Numbered from the stretch's first letter, positions 18,582 through 29,265 are shown. The stretch is DNA of 64,000 nt from an uncultured delta proteobacterium (GCA_963796055.1 CAWCKH010000004.1:3360001-3424000), one strand, 5' to 3'. Numbers and translations are program-made. The notes: generated from the letters alone by a model not told the origin.

Positions 18582-19466
18582 TTGGCAGCGGCCGGGGCAC
18601 GGGCCAGCTTGCCGGGCCACGTGTCCTCCATTCGGTCAGGGCAGCCGCCGTCGTTGTCGACGGTCAGCGGATGCTCGAGTAAGCGACATCCAGGACGTCC
18701 GGGCGGCTGCGTCAGCGTCGTGCTTGCCCTCGCCGGGCTGGCGGCTGTCCTGGCCCCCGCCCGCACTCACGCCAGCCCCGAGCCTCCGGTCCAGCCCAGG
18801 CTGTACCCGGTCGCCGGCCGGTTCTCGCTCGCCGCGACGGCGGGCATCAGCGTCTTCGACACCCTGACCCGGACCGGCACGCTCGACGTCCGCGCGGGCT
18901 GGGACTTCAACGAGTGGCTGGGGCTCGACGCCTCGGTCACCGGCGCGCTCTCGGGCCACACCGGGCTCGCCGACCGCATCGGGCAGCATCTGCTGCAGAC
19001 GCCGCCGGTGGGGACGGTCGACGACCTCTCGGACCTCTGGCAGCTCAAGGCGATGGTCCTGGGCGGCGTGCGGCTCGCGCCGGTCTACGGGAAGTTCAAC
19101 CTGGGCCCGGAGCTGCCCATCCGGTTCCAGGCGTACCTCTGGCTTGGGGGCGGGGCGGCATGGCTGGACCGCACCTCGGTGGTCATCTGCCGCAACGTGA
19201 CCTCGCGCGAGCAGGGCACGTGCGGCGACTGGTTCATCGAGAACCGTGTCGCCCCGGTGGTCTCGGCGGCGCTCGGATTCCGGCTCTTCACCGGGGCGCA
19301 CGGGGCGGTGGTCCTCGAGCTCCGGAACGTCGTCTGGAAGGACGACTACCTGCTCGGCGTGGACCGCGCCGCGGCCGAGGCGGGCAACGTCACCGGCCAG
19401 CGCGCGTCCAGCCCGGGCTTCACCAACACCGTGCTCGTCGACCTCGGGTACGCCTTCTTCTTCTGA
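18582..19466 (+). CDS. nfsA: Outer membrane beta-barrel protein, Glt/Nfs family (start uncertain)
   Basis: Signal peptide, VQPRLY, APVYGKFNL, C-terminal YAFFF; first gene of a glt/nfs-type cluster. Confidence 0.65.
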   Translation: MAAAGARASLPGHVSSIRSGQPPSLSTVSGCSSKRHPGRPGGCVSVVLALAGLAAVLAPARTHASPEPPVQPRLYPVAGRFSLAATAGISVFDTLTRTGTLDVRAGWDFNEWLGLDASVTGALSGHTGLADRIGQHLLQTPPVGTVDDLSDLWQLKAMVLGGVRLAPVYGKFNLGPELPIRFQAYLWLGGGAAWLDRTSVVICRNVTSREQGTCGDWFIENRVAPVVSAALGFRLFTGAHGAVVLELRNVVWKDDYLLGVDRAAAEAGNVTGQRASSPGFTNTVLVDLGYAFFF

Positions 19467-19477
19467 GGCCCACGCCA

Positions 19478-20338
19478 ATGTCCGTCCTCGGAGCCCTGGT
19501 CCTCCTCACCGCGCTCGGCGCCCCGCCCGAGCCGGCGGCAAATCCGCTCGCCGGCAGCCCCAACGTGCAGTACCGGGTGCTCGAGCCCAAGCCGTTCCCG
19601 GATGCGCTCCGGCACGAGCTGGTGCTCTCGCCGTTCGTGCCTCAGGTGGGCTCGACCTTCACCACCCACTGGCTCACCAGCCTCACCTACACCTTCCACG
19701 CCACCGAATGGCTGGGCCTGCGGATCCAGCCGTTCTGGGTGTGGCACGCGCAGCGTTCGCGCTTCTCCAGCGAGCTGCTCAGCCGGGTGCGCCAGGACGC
19801 TGCCGCCGCGAGCTCGGTGATGCTCCACTGGGGGGCGGTCGCCGCGCCGGAGTGGGCACCCGTCCGGGGGAAGTTCACCGCCTTCGGAGGGACGGTGCGC
19901 TACGGCCTGGTGCTGTTCGCCGGCGCCGGCGTGGGTCAGACCGAGATCGAGCTCAAGATCGCCGACGCGCTCGGTCCCGCCACCTATGGCAGCACCGGGC
20001 TGCGGATGGTCGCCACCGGGGGCGCCGGGTTCCGGATGCAGTTCGGCGACCGGTGGACCGTGCGCCTCGAGGTTCAGGACCTCATCCACTGGGGCAGCGT
20101 CAGCCACATCAACGGGTGCGACGCGGCGGACCTCCAGGCGCTCAACGACCAGCACACCGCGGGGGCGATCACCGGCGCCGGCGTCAGCGGGCAGTGCAAC
20201 GTGGGCGCCTTCCAGGGAACGACCGGCGGCTACGACCGGAGCAACGACGTAGGCATCGCGCAGGCGAAGGTGAACGAGGGCGGCACGGACACGCTGCACG
20301 TGGTGGGCGTCTACCTGGGCTTCGGGGTGGAGCTGTGA
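19478..20338 (+). CDS. nfsB: Outer membrane beta-barrel protein, Glt/Nfs family
   Basis: KPF...RHEL, WAPVRGKF, terminal YLGFGVEL beta-signal. Confidence 0.65.
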   Translation: MSVLGALVLLTALGAPPEPAANPLAGSPNVQYRVLEPKPFPDALRHELVLSPFVPQVGSTFTTHWLTSLTYTFHATEWLGLRIQPFWVWHAQRSRFSSELLSRVRQDAAAASSVMLHWGAVAAPEWAPVRGKFTAFGGTVRYGLVLFAGAGVGQTEIELKIADALGPATYGSTGLRMVATGGAGFRMQFGDRWTVRLEVQDLIHWGSVSHINGCDAADLQALNDQHTAGAITGAGVSGQCNVGAFQGTTGGYDRSNDVGIAQAKVNEGGTDTLHVVGVYLGFGVEL

Positions 20339-21762
20339 GACTGCTGCTCCCGGTTCTGCCCGTGCTCTGGGCCCTGGGCTGCGCGAGGGGAGGGCCGTCG
20401 CCCGAGCTGCTCGCCGCGGCCCGGGCCACTGACGCGACACCCGCCGATGCGCTCGCGCTCGGCCAGGCGCTGCAGGCCGCGCACCTGGACGCCGCCTCGC
20501 TGGGGCCGCTGCGCACCGCGGCTGCCGTCCCCGGCCCCGGCCAGGCACCGGCGGTCGAGGCGCTCCTGGCCGCGCAGGAACGCCTCGACGAGCAGCTCCT
20601 CCTCCCCGCCTTCCTCCTCGCCCATCCCGACGCCCGGCCCATTGCCCCCGAACGCCAGGAAAGGGCGCTGCTCCTCCAGGGGCTCGAGGCGCAGCGGACC
20701 GGAGCGCTGGAGCAGGCCGAGTCCCTCCTCCGGCACATCCCCTCGACGTCCCCGCTCGCCCCGCGTTCCCGTTACGCGCTGGGCATCGTCCTCTCCGACC
20801 CGCGCCGGCCCGGCGGGCCCCGCACGCAGGCTGCGCTCGACGAGCTGCAGGCGGTGCTGGGCTACGGCGGCGGTGGGGAGGAAGGCGCACAGACGCGCGC
20901 CCTGGCGCAGCTGGCCATCGCCCGGCTCCTCTACGGGCTGCGGCAGGACGCGGCCTCGGCGGCGGCCTACGACCGCGTGCCGCGCGAGGCGCGGGTGTGG
21001 CCCGAGTCGCTGTTCGAGCGCGGATACCCCCGGTTCCGCGCCGGCGACGACGGCGGCGCGCTCGGGACCTTGCACGCCACCCGGGCCCCGCAGCTCCGCG
21101 ATGCCTTCCTCCCGGAGGCCCGCATCCTCGAGGCGACGGTGCTGTTCCACGCCTGCCTCTACCCGGAGACCCGCGGCGTGCTCGACAGCTTCAGCGCCAC
21201 CTACCGCCCGCTCGCCGAGCGGCTGCGGGCGCTCGTCGAGCGACGCCCTTCCGCAGCGGAGGAGGTGGCGCTCCTGGTCGATCCCGCGCAGCGGGCATCG
21301 CTGGGCGAGGGCCTCGGAGCGTCGCTGGTCCGGGAGCCGCGCATCGATTCAGGCCTCCGCCTGCTCCGGACCCTGGACGCGGAGCGGTCCCGGCTCGCCG
21401 CGGTGGACGACAGGGGTCCGGCGCTCGAGCGGCTGGATCAGGTCCGCGTGGAGGCCGCTCAGGCGACGGCGCAGGCCATCCACGCACGGCTCTCGGACGT
21501 CTCGGCCTCGCTCCGGGACCTCCTGGAGCAGGCGGACGTGCTCCGCTTCGAGATGACCAAGGGCGAGAAGGAGCTGCTCGACGCTGACGTCGACCAGCGG
21601 AAGCTGCTCGCCAGCCGCCCGTTGCCACCGCTGCCCACCGGGGGTCCGGCGGACGAGCGCTGGCGCGTGGACGGAGAATGGTGGGCAGACGAGATCGGCC
21701 ACGAGCGGGCGACGCTGAAGAACGGTTGCCCCACCCAGAAGTCCACACCCAGCGTCCGCTGA
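20335..21762 (+). CDS. nfsC: GltC/NfsC-like TPR lipoprotein
   Basis: WALGC lipobox, WPESLFE, ALGTLH, FLPEA, W..DGEWWADEIG..TLKNGC GltC-type C-terminus. Confidence 0.75.
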   Translation: MRLLLPVLPVLWALGCARGGPSPELLAAARATDATPADALALGQALQAAHLDAASLGPLRTAAAVPGPGQAPAVEALLAAQERLDEQLLLPAFLLAHPDARPIAPERQERALLLQGLEAQRTGALEQAESLLRHIPSTSPLAPRSRYALGIVLSDPRRPGGPRTQAALDELQAVLGYGGGGEEGAQTRALAQLAIARLLYGLRQDAASAAAYDRVPREARVWPESLFERGYPRFRAGDDGGALGTLHATRAPQLRDAFLPEARILEATVLFHACLYPETRGVLDSFSATYRPLAERLRALVERRPSAAEEVALLVDPAQRASLGEGLGASLVREPRIDSGLRLLRTLDAERSRLAAVDDRGPALERLDQVRVEAAQATAQAIHARLSDVSASLRDLLEQADVLRFEMTKGEKELLDADVDQRKLLASRPLPPLPTGGPADERWRVDGEWWADEIGHERATLKNGCPTQKSTPSVR

Positions 21763-21876
21763 CGCACGTTCCGGACCGCCGAGCGGCCTTCTCGGGTCGG
21801 AGCCGCGGTCCTAGCTTGTTCGCTCGTGGGTCCGTGAGACCCGGCGTGCAGGCGAGCGGGTGGGACGGAGGAGAGG

Positions 21877-24800
21877 GTGACGGCGGTGGCGTGGCGCGGG
21901 GCGTGGATGGGGCTGGCGGTGTGGGCGGCGGCGTGGAGCCTCGCCGCGCGCGCCGCCACGGAGCATCCCGGACCGGGTGAGCGCAGCGGGCCGGCGGTCT
22001 TCCGGCTCGAGCTGTCGGACAGCCAGCGCGAGCAGCTCACCGAGGCCAAGCGGGAAGAGCTCATCGTCCAGCTGGAGACCTTGGTGCGGCGCTTCCCCGA
22101 CGACTCACCCCGGAAGCCGGATCTCCTGTTCCAGCTCGGCGAGGCCTACTGGGAGAAGAGCAAGGCGCTGCGGCGCACCGAGACCGAGGCCGCCGGCGGC
22201 GCGACGAAGGCCGACCACCGGCCCAGCGAGGCGGTCCGTACCCGGGCGATGGAGGCCTACGCCAGGCTGCTCACGACGTTCCCGAAGTACCAGCGGCGCG
22301 ACGAGGTGCTGTTCTCGCTCGCCTATGATCTCGAGGACGTGGGCCGCGGCGACGAGGCGGTCGACCGGTACCGTGCGCTCATCCGCGACTTCCCCCGGTC
22401 CAGGTACGCCCCGGATGCCTGGCTCGAGCTGGGCAACCACGCCTTCGACAAGGGCAACCTCGCCGCGGCGCAGGACGCGTACCAGCACGCCGCCCGGATC
22501 GGCTCGGCCCGGGTGCGCAACTACGCGACCTACAAGCTCGCCTGGTGCGACTTCAATCTCGGGGAGTTCGAGGGTGCCCGGGAGAAGCTGGCCGGGGTGG
22601 TGGACGGGAGCGCCGGCGGCACGAAGACCATGCTCGACCTCCGCACCGAAGCGCTGGTCGATCTGACGCGGGTCTACGTCCGGCTGGACCGGCCCCAGGA
22701 CGCTCTCGCCTACTTCCAGCGGAACACGCAGGGCGCCGAGCGGCGCAAGCTCGTCACCCGGCTGGCCAACACGCTGGCGGAGGCCGGTGCGCTCCAGGGT
22801 GCCCTGCGGGTCTACAAGGCCGCCCTGGAGGCCGAGCCGCTGGCGCCCGAGGCGGCGAGCTGGCAGCAGGCGGTGGTGCGGGTCCACGACGGGCTCCACG
22901 ATCGCGAGCAGGTCCGGGTGGAGGCCCAGCGGCTGGCGGAGATGTGTCACCCCGGGACGCGGTGGTGGATGGCCAACGCCGGAGCGCCGCAGTCGCTCCG
23001 GGCGGGGTTCGAGGCTGCCGAGGAGGGGCTCCGGACGCTGGCGACCTCCTACCACCAGGAAGCGCAGCGCACCGGCTCTCCCCGGACCTACCGGCTCGCG
23101 GCGGACGTGTACCGGGCGTACCTCTCGGCCTTCGCCCGCGACGCGGACCCCGAGTGGACGTCCGACCACGCCTTCAACATGAGCTTCTACGCCGCGGAGA
23201 TCGCCTGGGCCTTGGGGGACTGGCGCGCGGCGGCCGAGCAATACGAGCGGGTGGTGGGGTTCCGGATCCCCGACCGGCCGACGGCGCGCGAGGTGAGCGA
23301 CCAGCGGTACCGCGCCACGGCCGCTTACGACGCGGTGCTCGCCTGGGACCGGCTGGTGGACGCCGAGCACGGCCACGCCGACGCCGCGCCCACCCGGGTG
23401 AACGACCGGGAGGGGAAGGGCGGGCTCCGCACCCGCACCGCCACCGCTGCCACCACTGCCGTGCCCCTCACCGAGGCCGAGCGTGGGCTGGTCGCCGCCT
23501 GCGACCGGTACGCCGACCGGTTCCCGGACGGCAAGGACGCCCTCGACATCCGCTACCAGGCGGCGGTGGTCTTCTTCGAGCGGGGCCAGACGCCCGCGGC
23601 ACTGGACCGGTTCGCCAGGCTCATCGCCCTCGCCCCGGACTCGGACCGGGCGCGCCAGGCCGCGGACCTCACCCTGCACGTGCTCGAGGCGAAGGGCGAC
23701 TGGCTGGCGCTCAACGCCAAGGCGCAGGAGTACGCGAGGAACGGCGCGCTGGCCCGTCCCGGGACCGACTTCGCCCGGCGGGTGACCAAGGTCGCCGAGG
23801 CGAGCCGCTATGCCTGGGTGAGCGAGGTGGTGCACAAGCAGCAGCACCAGGACGCCCGCGCCGCCGAGGAGTTCCTGCGGTTCGCGGACGACTACCCGCG
23901 CTCGGACCACGCGGCCCAGGCGCTGACCTACGCCATGGCGCTCTTGGAGGAGCAGGGGCAGCTGCAGCGCGCGGTGGAAGTGGGCCACCGTGCTCTGACC
24001 CAGTACCCCGGCACACCGCTCCGGCTGAAGCTGGCGCACGGGCTGGCGGACCTGTCGGCCCAGCTCGGCGACTTCCGGCAGGCGGCCGAGGCGAGCGAGG
24101 CGTTCGTCGCCGCCTACGAGCGGGCCCGGGCAGGCAGGGACGGCCCGCGGATCGACCCCGCGCTCCTCGACGAGGCGCAGGGCTGGGTGGCGCCGGCCCA
24201 GGGCGAGGCCGGGACGTACTGGGCGGCGGTGGGCAAGACCGAGCGCGCGATCGCCGCCTACCAGGCGTACCTCCATCGATTCCCGGCCCGGAGGGACGCC
24301 TCGGACGTGGCACTGGCCATGGGACGGCTCCAGGAATCGCTTGGGCGGCTGTCGACGGCGGCGGAGGCCTACGAGAAGGCGGGAACCCTCGCGGCGGCGA
24401 ACGCGACCGCCCGCCGGTTCGAGGCGATGGGGCTGCAGCTCCAGGTGCTGCGGAAGGCGAGGCAGCAAGGACGGGCCAGGGCGGTGCAGCAGCGGGTCCG
24501 ACAGCTCTGGGCAGGGCTCGGACCCGAGGCGCGCAAGGACCCCGCGGTGGTCTCGACCTACGCGCAGCTGGTCTTCGACGATGCCGAGCCGCTGTTCGAG
24601 CAGTACCGGCGCATCGATTTCGCCCGGACCCGCACCGTGCAGGCCGACCTCGCGCGGAAGCGCGCCTCGCTCAGGTCGCTGGAGCAGGCGTATGTGGCGG
24701 TGGTGTCCACCGGCGACGCCAAGGCTGGCATCGCCGCCCTCACCCGTATCGGCGAGGCGTACGCGGACTTCGCCTCGAAGATCCGCCAGGCCCCCACCCC

Positions 24801-25092
24801 CGGGGAGCTCACCGCCGAGGACCGGGCGAAATACCGCGACGAGCTGGAGCGGCTCGCGGCGCCGCTCGAGCAGCGCGCGCTCGACACCCTGAAGAAGGGG
24901 CTGGCCAAGGCCTACGAGCTGGGCGTCTACACCGACTGGACGCTGCAGGCGCAGGACGACGTGAACGCGATCCAGCCGGGGACGTACCCGCCCAAGACAC
25001 GGGTGGCGCTCCGCGCGCCGGATCCGGCCGCTCCGCTCGCTGCCCCCGAGGGCTCCGCGCCGGTGGCGGTGGGAAAGGGAACGGAGCGATGA
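21877..25092 (+). CDS. nfsD: GltD (AgmU)/NfsD-like large TPR protein
   Basis: LFQLGEAYWEKSK, YKLAWCDFNLG, YHQEAQ, AYELGVYTDW motifs; 1071 aa. Confidence 0.8.
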   Translation: MTAVAWRGAWMGLAVWAAAWSLAARAATEHPGPGERSGPAVFRLELSDSQREQLTEAKREELIVQLETLVRRFPDDSPRKPDLLFQLGEAYWEKSKALRRTETEAAGGATKADHRPSEAVRTRAMEAYARLLTTFPKYQRRDEVLFSLAYDLEDVGRGDEAVDRYRALIRDFPRSRYAPDAWLELGNHAFDKGNLAAAQDAYQHAARIGSARVRNYATYKLAWCDFNLGEFEGAREKLAGVVDGSAGGTKTMLDLRTEALVDLTRVYVRLDRPQDALAYFQRNTQGAERRKLVTRLANTLAEAGALQGALRVYKAALEAEPLAPEAASWQQAVVRVHDGLHDREQVRVEAQRLAEMCHPGTRWWMANAGAPQSLRAGFEAAEEGLRTLATSYHQEAQRTGSPRTYRLAADVYRAYLSAFARDADPEWTSDHAFNMSFYAAEIAWALGDWRAAAEQYERVVGFRIPDRPTAREVSDQRYRATAAYDAVLAWDRLVDAEHGHADAAPTRVNDREGKGGLRTRTATAATTAVPLTEAERGLVAACDRYADRFPDGKDALDIRYQAAVVFFERGQTPAALDRFARLIALAPDSDRARQAADLTLHVLEAKGDWLALNAKAQEYARNGALARPGTDFARRVTKVAEASRYAWVSEVVHKQQHQDARAAEEFLRFADDYPRSDHAAQALTYAMALLEEQGQLQRAVEVGHRALTQYPGTPLRLKLAHGLADLSAQLGDFRQAAEASEAFVAAYERARAGRDGPRIDPALLDEAQGWVAPAQGEAGTYWAAVGKTERAIAAYQAYLHRFPARRDASDVALAMGRLQESLGRLSTAAEAYEKAGTLAAANATARRFEAMGLQLQVLRKARQQGRARAVQQRVRQLWAGLGPEARKDPAVVSTYAQLVFDDAEPLFEQYRRIDFARTRTVQADLARKRASLRSLEQAYVAVVSTGDAKAGIAALTRIGEAYADFASKIRQAPTPGELTAEDRAKYRDELERLAAPLEQRALDTLKKGLAKAYELGVYTDWTLQAQDDVNAIQPGTYPPKTRVALRAPDPAAPLAAPEGSAPVAVGKGTER

Positions 25093-26453
25093 ACCGCAGG
25101 CTCCTGTCTGTCCTGCTCGCGGGCGCGCTCCTCTCCGCATGCGCGGGCTCGCGCGCGGCGGGTCCGGACGGCCCGTCCACGGCCGTGGGGGCTGCCCAGG
25201 CCAGCGCCGCTGGCGGACCGACCGCCGCCGAGGGTGCCCGGCCGGGGACCGGGGCGACTGGGGTTCCGACCTCGTCCGAGGCCCCGGAGCCCGCAGGAGC
25301 CCCCGCTCGGCCCCGAAGCGCCGCCCCGGCAGCCTCGTCCTCCGAGCGCGCGCAGCGCCCCGACGGCCCACTGGCCGAGGGCATCGAGGCCTTCCGGACC
25401 GGCCACTGGCGGAGGGCGGCCGATGCCTTCCGGGAGGCCCTCCGCCGCGACCCGGACGACGTCGATGCCCGGTTCAACCTCGCGCTGACCGAGGAGCGAC
25501 TCGGCGCAGCGGACCGCGCCCGATCTGCGTACCAGGCGGCGCTGAAGCTCGACCCGGAACATCTGCCGTCGCTGGTGAATCTCGCCCGGCTCGAGCGGCA
25601 GACCGGGCGGGCGGAGCGGGCGGCCGAGCTGCTGGAGGCAGCGACCCGCCGGCCGGTGCTCGGCTCGGAGCCCGGCCTCTGGGTCCAGCTGTCGATGACC
25701 GAACGGGTGGCGGGAAACCTCGCGGAAGCCGAGCGGGCTGCCCGGCACGCGTTGAGCCTGCGGCGGGACCCTGGTGCGTACGAGGCGCTGGCGCTGGTGT
25801 CGAGCGCCCGCGGACAGGACCGCGAGGCACAGCTGCTCGCCGCCTCGGCCCTGCGGCTCGACGAGCGGCGTGCCTCCACCCACGTGACGCTCGGCCTGGT
25901 GGCGTACCGCCTGGGGGAGGTGGGCCGGGCCCGCGCGGAGTTCGACCGCGCGGCCGCGCTGGACCCTGGCTCTGCGGACGCCTGGGCCAACCTCGGGGCG
26001 CTGGCGCTCGGGTGGCGCGACTACGCGGGGGCCGAGCGCGCGTACCGGCGCGCGACTGTGCTCGAGCCGTGGTCGGTGGACTCGCGCCTCCACCTCGCCG
26101 AGGCGCTGACAGCGCAGGGCGGGGACGATCCGGCGAAGGCGACCGCCGCGGCCGCCGCCTACCGCGAGGTGCTCTCCCGGTCGCCCGACCGCCCCGAGGC
26201 CATCTGCGGCGCCGGCTGGGCCCTGGCGCACGACCGGAGCGCCGCGGTCGAGGCCGCGAAGCTGCTCCGGAGGTGCCGTGGGCTGCCGGATACCCTGGAG
26301 GCCGAGCGGCGGCGGATTGACGGCCGGCTGTCACTGCTCGAGTCCCTGGCCCGCGCCCCGGCCTCGCCGGCGGCTGGCCCGGAACCTGCTTCCCCCGGGA
26401 GCTCCAACCGTAGCGCGAGGGAGCAGGCCGGGCAGACGGGGGGGGGCCGGTGA
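25089..26453 (+). CDS. nfsE: GltE (AglT)/NfsE-like TPR lipoprotein
   Basis: LLSAC lipobox, Pro/Ala linker, TPRs (ARFNLAL, AWANLGALAL.WRDY). Confidence 0.75.
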   Translation: MNRRLLSVLLAGALLSACAGSRAAGPDGPSTAVGAAQASAAGGPTAAEGARPGTGATGVPTSSEAPEPAGAPARPRSAAPAASSSERAQRPDGPLAEGIEAFRTGHWRRAADAFREALRRDPDDVDARFNLALTEERLGAADRARSAYQAALKLDPEHLPSLVNLARLERQTGRAERAAELLEAATRRPVLGSEPGLWVQLSMTERVAGNLAEAERAARHALSLRRDPGAYEALALVSSARGQDREAQLLAASALRLDERRASTHVTLGLVAYRLGEVGRARAEFDRAAALDPGSADAWANLGALALGWRDYAGAERAYRRATVLEPWSVDSRLHLAEALTAQGGDDPAKATAAAAAYREVLSRSPDRPEAICGAGWALAHDRSAAVEAAKLLRRCRGLPDTLEAERRRIDGRLSLLESLARAPASPAAGPEPASPGSSNRSAREQAGQTGGGR

Positions 26454-26506
26454 TTTCTACAGCCGGAGGCCGGAAACGGGTGGTGGGACGGGGCTTGGAG
26501 GCGGCG

Positions 26507-26770
26507 ATGCGGCGATGGTGGATGGGAGCCCTGCTCGGACTGGCGGCGACGGCGCACGCCGAGGACCGGGTGGTTCGCGAGTCGGACCGGACGGTGGTCC
26601 GCAAGGAGACCCGGATCGACTTCGCGGACCAGACGCTGGAGGGCAACATCGTCCGACCCGAGGGCAACTACATCCTCGACCGCAACCGGACCCGCTTCGA
26701 GAGCCTGGTGCGGCTACGTCCGAACTTCGAGCGCGAGCTCCGCGCCTCCACCGACGGGCTGCGGCGATGA
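26507..26770 (+). CDS. nfsF: GltF (CglF)/NfsF-like small exported protein
   Basis: Signal peptide then RKETRIDF...LEGNIVRPEG.Y...RFESLVRLRPNF; GGAGG RBS. Confidence 0.8.
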   Translation: MRRWWMGALLGLAATAHAEDRVVRESDRTVVRKETRIDFADQTLEGNIVRPEGNYILDRNRTRFESLVRLRPNFERELRASTDGLRR

Positions 26771-28668
26771 GCGATGGCGTGCCGGTCACCCTCCGGCTCA
26801 CCACGGCCGAGGGAGTCGTGCGGGACGTCTCCCTGAACGAGGAGATGTTGATCCTCGGCTCGGGTCCAGCAGCGGGGCTCCGCGTGCACGACCCGGCGGT
26901 GTCGAGCCTGCATCTGTTGCTCAAGCGTCACCGCGACGCGCTGCTGGCCATCGACCTGGCGAGCGAGGCCGGGACCCAGGTGGGCGACAGCCCCCTGCAG
27001 GCGCCCCGCGTGCTCCGGCACGAGGACGTGATCCGGCTCGGTCGCTCGCGCCTCACCATCTACTTCGGGGCTGCTCCGGCCATCGCTCCGGCCGTGCCCT
27101 CCCACCCGGGGCTGCCGCGACACGAGCCGTTCGTCGCCCGCGGGTCCATGCCTGCACCGGCGCCGCGGGTCCACGGGACCGCGGCGCTGGCGATCGACCG
27201 GATGTCCGTGCCCCGGGTATTGCCGGTCAGGCATGCGGCGGTGCCCCGCGCCGAGGCGAGCGCCTGGAGGTTGCTGCTGGGCCCGCTCCCGGCCGCTCTC
27301 GCCCCCACCGAGAAGCACCGCATCCTCCAGGCGGCGCTGGTCTGGGGGGACCAGCTCCTCGGGGTGGAGCACCTGCCGGCTGCGCAGCCGCTCACCGTCG
27401 GCGAAGCCGCGGAGGAGTCTACCTTCCAGGTCTTCCACCCCGGCCTGGGCAAGGCGTTCGAGCTGGCCCGGGTGGACCACGGCCAGCTCCGGGTCACGGT
27501 GCCCGAGGGTGCGGAGTGGACCGTCTTCGACGGCACCCACCCGGTGGCCATCGCCGACATCCGCGACGAGGGGCGCCTGAAGCTCGGGGCGGCTGGCTCG
27601 GAGGTGCTGCTGCCGCGGCTGCGGGAATCGGTGCGGATCCGCTTCGGCCGCCTGTCGCTGCTGCTCCGCTGGGTGCGTCCCCCGCGCCGTGCTGGTGTCC
27701 TGCCGGGCGGCTGGGAGACGCTGCGTTTCACCACCATGCTCCTGGGGAGCGCCGCGCTGCTCGGGACGCTGATCTTCGCCATCCAGACGGCGCCACCGGT
27801 GAAGCCCCGCTCGTGGGAATCGCTGGCCGACAGCCAGCACTGGATCTCGCTGGTGCGGCGTCCCCCGCCGCCTCCGCCCGGCCCCAAGGCAGGGGAGAAG
27901 AAGGAGGACGCCGGGGCAGAGGAGGGAAAGGCCGCGCCGGACGAGGCGGGCAAGGTGGGCAAGCAGGACGCCACGCAGAAGGAGGCGGAAGCTTCGAAGA
28001 AGGGGAGCCCCGCGGTGGATCCACAGATGCGGGAGGCGAACCGGACACGGGCATTCCGGAGCGGGCTGCTCGGAGCCCTCAAGGGCCAGGCGATGTCCGA
28101 CGTGCTCGGGCCGGGGACCGCGGGCACGGGGATGAACCAGGCCATCGGCGGGCTGCGGGTGGGGACCGCCGAGGCCGGGACGCAGCAGGGATTTGGCGGC
28201 ATGGGCGCCCGGGGAATGGGGTTCGGTGGCGGCGGCGAGGGGCTCGGCATCGGGGGTGCCGGAACGGTGGGAATGGGCCAGGGCTCGGGCGGCTACGGCC
28301 GGGTGGACCTGGGCGGCCGCAAGAAGGATTCGGTCCGCATCGTTCCCGGGCAGACCACGGTGGTGGGCGGACTGGCGCGCGAGGTGATCGCCCGGGTCAT
28401 CCAGGAGCACCAGAGCGAGATCAAGTACTGCTACGAGGTGCAGCTGAACCGGAACCCGTCGCTGGCCGGGAAGGTGACGGTGCTCTTCACCATCGACGGC
28501 ACCGGGGCGGTGGCCGACAGCCAGGTCTCGGAGACCACGCTGCACAACACCGACACCGAGAAATGCATGCTGGCGAAGATCCGCCGCTGGAAGTTCCCCG
28601 AGCCGGCCGGCAACGGCATCGTGAAGGTGAACTTCCCCTGGATCTTCAAGCGGGCGGGCACCGACTGA
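26767..28668 (+). CDS. nfsG: GltG (PglI)/NfsG-like FHA-TM-Gly-rich-TonB_C protein
   Basis: N-terminal FHA, TM helix, Gly-rich linker, IKYCYEVQL..LAGKV..W.FPEP..G.V.VNFPWIF. Confidence 0.85.
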   Translation: MSDGVPVTLRLTTAEGVVRDVSLNEEMLILGSGPAAGLRVHDPAVSSLHLLLKRHRDALLAIDLASEAGTQVGDSPLQAPRVLRHEDVIRLGRSRLTIYFGAAPAIAPAVPSHPGLPRHEPFVARGSMPAPAPRVHGTAALAIDRMSVPRVLPVRHAAVPRAEASAWRLLLGPLPAALAPTEKHRILQAALVWGDQLLGVEHLPAAQPLTVGEAAEESTFQVFHPGLGKAFELARVDHGQLRVTVPEGAEWTVFDGTHPVAIADIRDEGRLKLGAAGSEVLLPRLRESVRIRFGRLSLLLRWVRPPRRAGVLPGGWETLRFTTMLLGSAALLGTLIFAIQTAPPVKPRSWESLADSQHWISLVRRPPPPPPGPKAGEKKEDAGAEEGKAAPDEAGKVGKQDATQKEAEASKKGSPAVDPQMREANRTRAFRSGLLGALKGQAMSDVLGPGTAGTGMNQAIGGLRVGTAEAGTQQGFGGMGARGMGFGGGGEGLGIGGAGTVGMGQGSGGYGRVDLGGRKKDSVRIVPGQTTVVGGLAREVIARVIQEHQSEIKYCYEVQLNRNPSLAGKVTVLFTIDGTGAVADSQVSETTLHNTDTEKCMLAKIRRWKFPEPAGNGIVKVNFPWIFKRAGTD

Positions 28669-28702
28669 CGTTCAGCGCGCAGGGGCGCGCCAGCGATCGG
28701 GC

Positions 28703-29265
28703 TCAGGGCCGGACCGCGGCCAGCAGCGACTGGACCAGCACCCGCTCGGTTTGCTCGTGCATGCCCTTGGTGTTGTAGTTGTTGCTGGTGATGGCGAAGG
28801 CCAGGTCCAGCTCCGGAACCAGGCCGACCTTGTTCCCGCCGTTTCCGGAGGCGTCGATCGGCGATCCAGGCCGGGTCGAGCACGCGCTCGCCGCGCCACT
28901 GGCCCCGGTCCAGGGCGAGCTGCGCCGGGGCGAGCAGGTCGCGCCCCCGGAGCCTGAGTCCGCCCCCGGTCTGGACCGTCTGCTGCGGCGACCGCACCCA
29001 CTGCAGCCGCTCGATGCCGAGCGGATGTCCAGCGGCTCGTGCACCGCGCGCTCGAGCAGGAACCCCAGGGTGGCGACGCCGGCGGTGCAGTACCGGAAGC
29101 TCCGCCCGTACTTGCTCTGCTCGGGCCGGGGGTTGAACGAGGGAAAGCCCTGGACGGGAAGGTCGAGGAAGAACTTCGGCCAGTCCTCGACCAGGTACAT
29201 CCGCTCCTCGTTTCCGCGGCTGAACTGGTTCCAGTCGTCGCACTCCAGGAGCGAGCGGACCCCCT
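28703..29265 (-). pseudogene. Beta-lactamase-like serine hydrolase remnant with internal deletions
   Basis: Fragments LLECDDWNQFSRGNEERMY..FRYCTAG, QTGGGLRLRGRDL and SGNGGNKV..PELDL in shifting frames; N-terminus with SxxK absent. Confidence 0.75.

Noticed and set aside
26438..26446. Poly-G tract as a phase-variation switch in nfsE
   Set aside because: It lies in the last few codons, so slippage would barely change the protein
18582..28668. Novel secretion or transport system
   Set aside because: Component order and motifs match the known Glt/Nfs family
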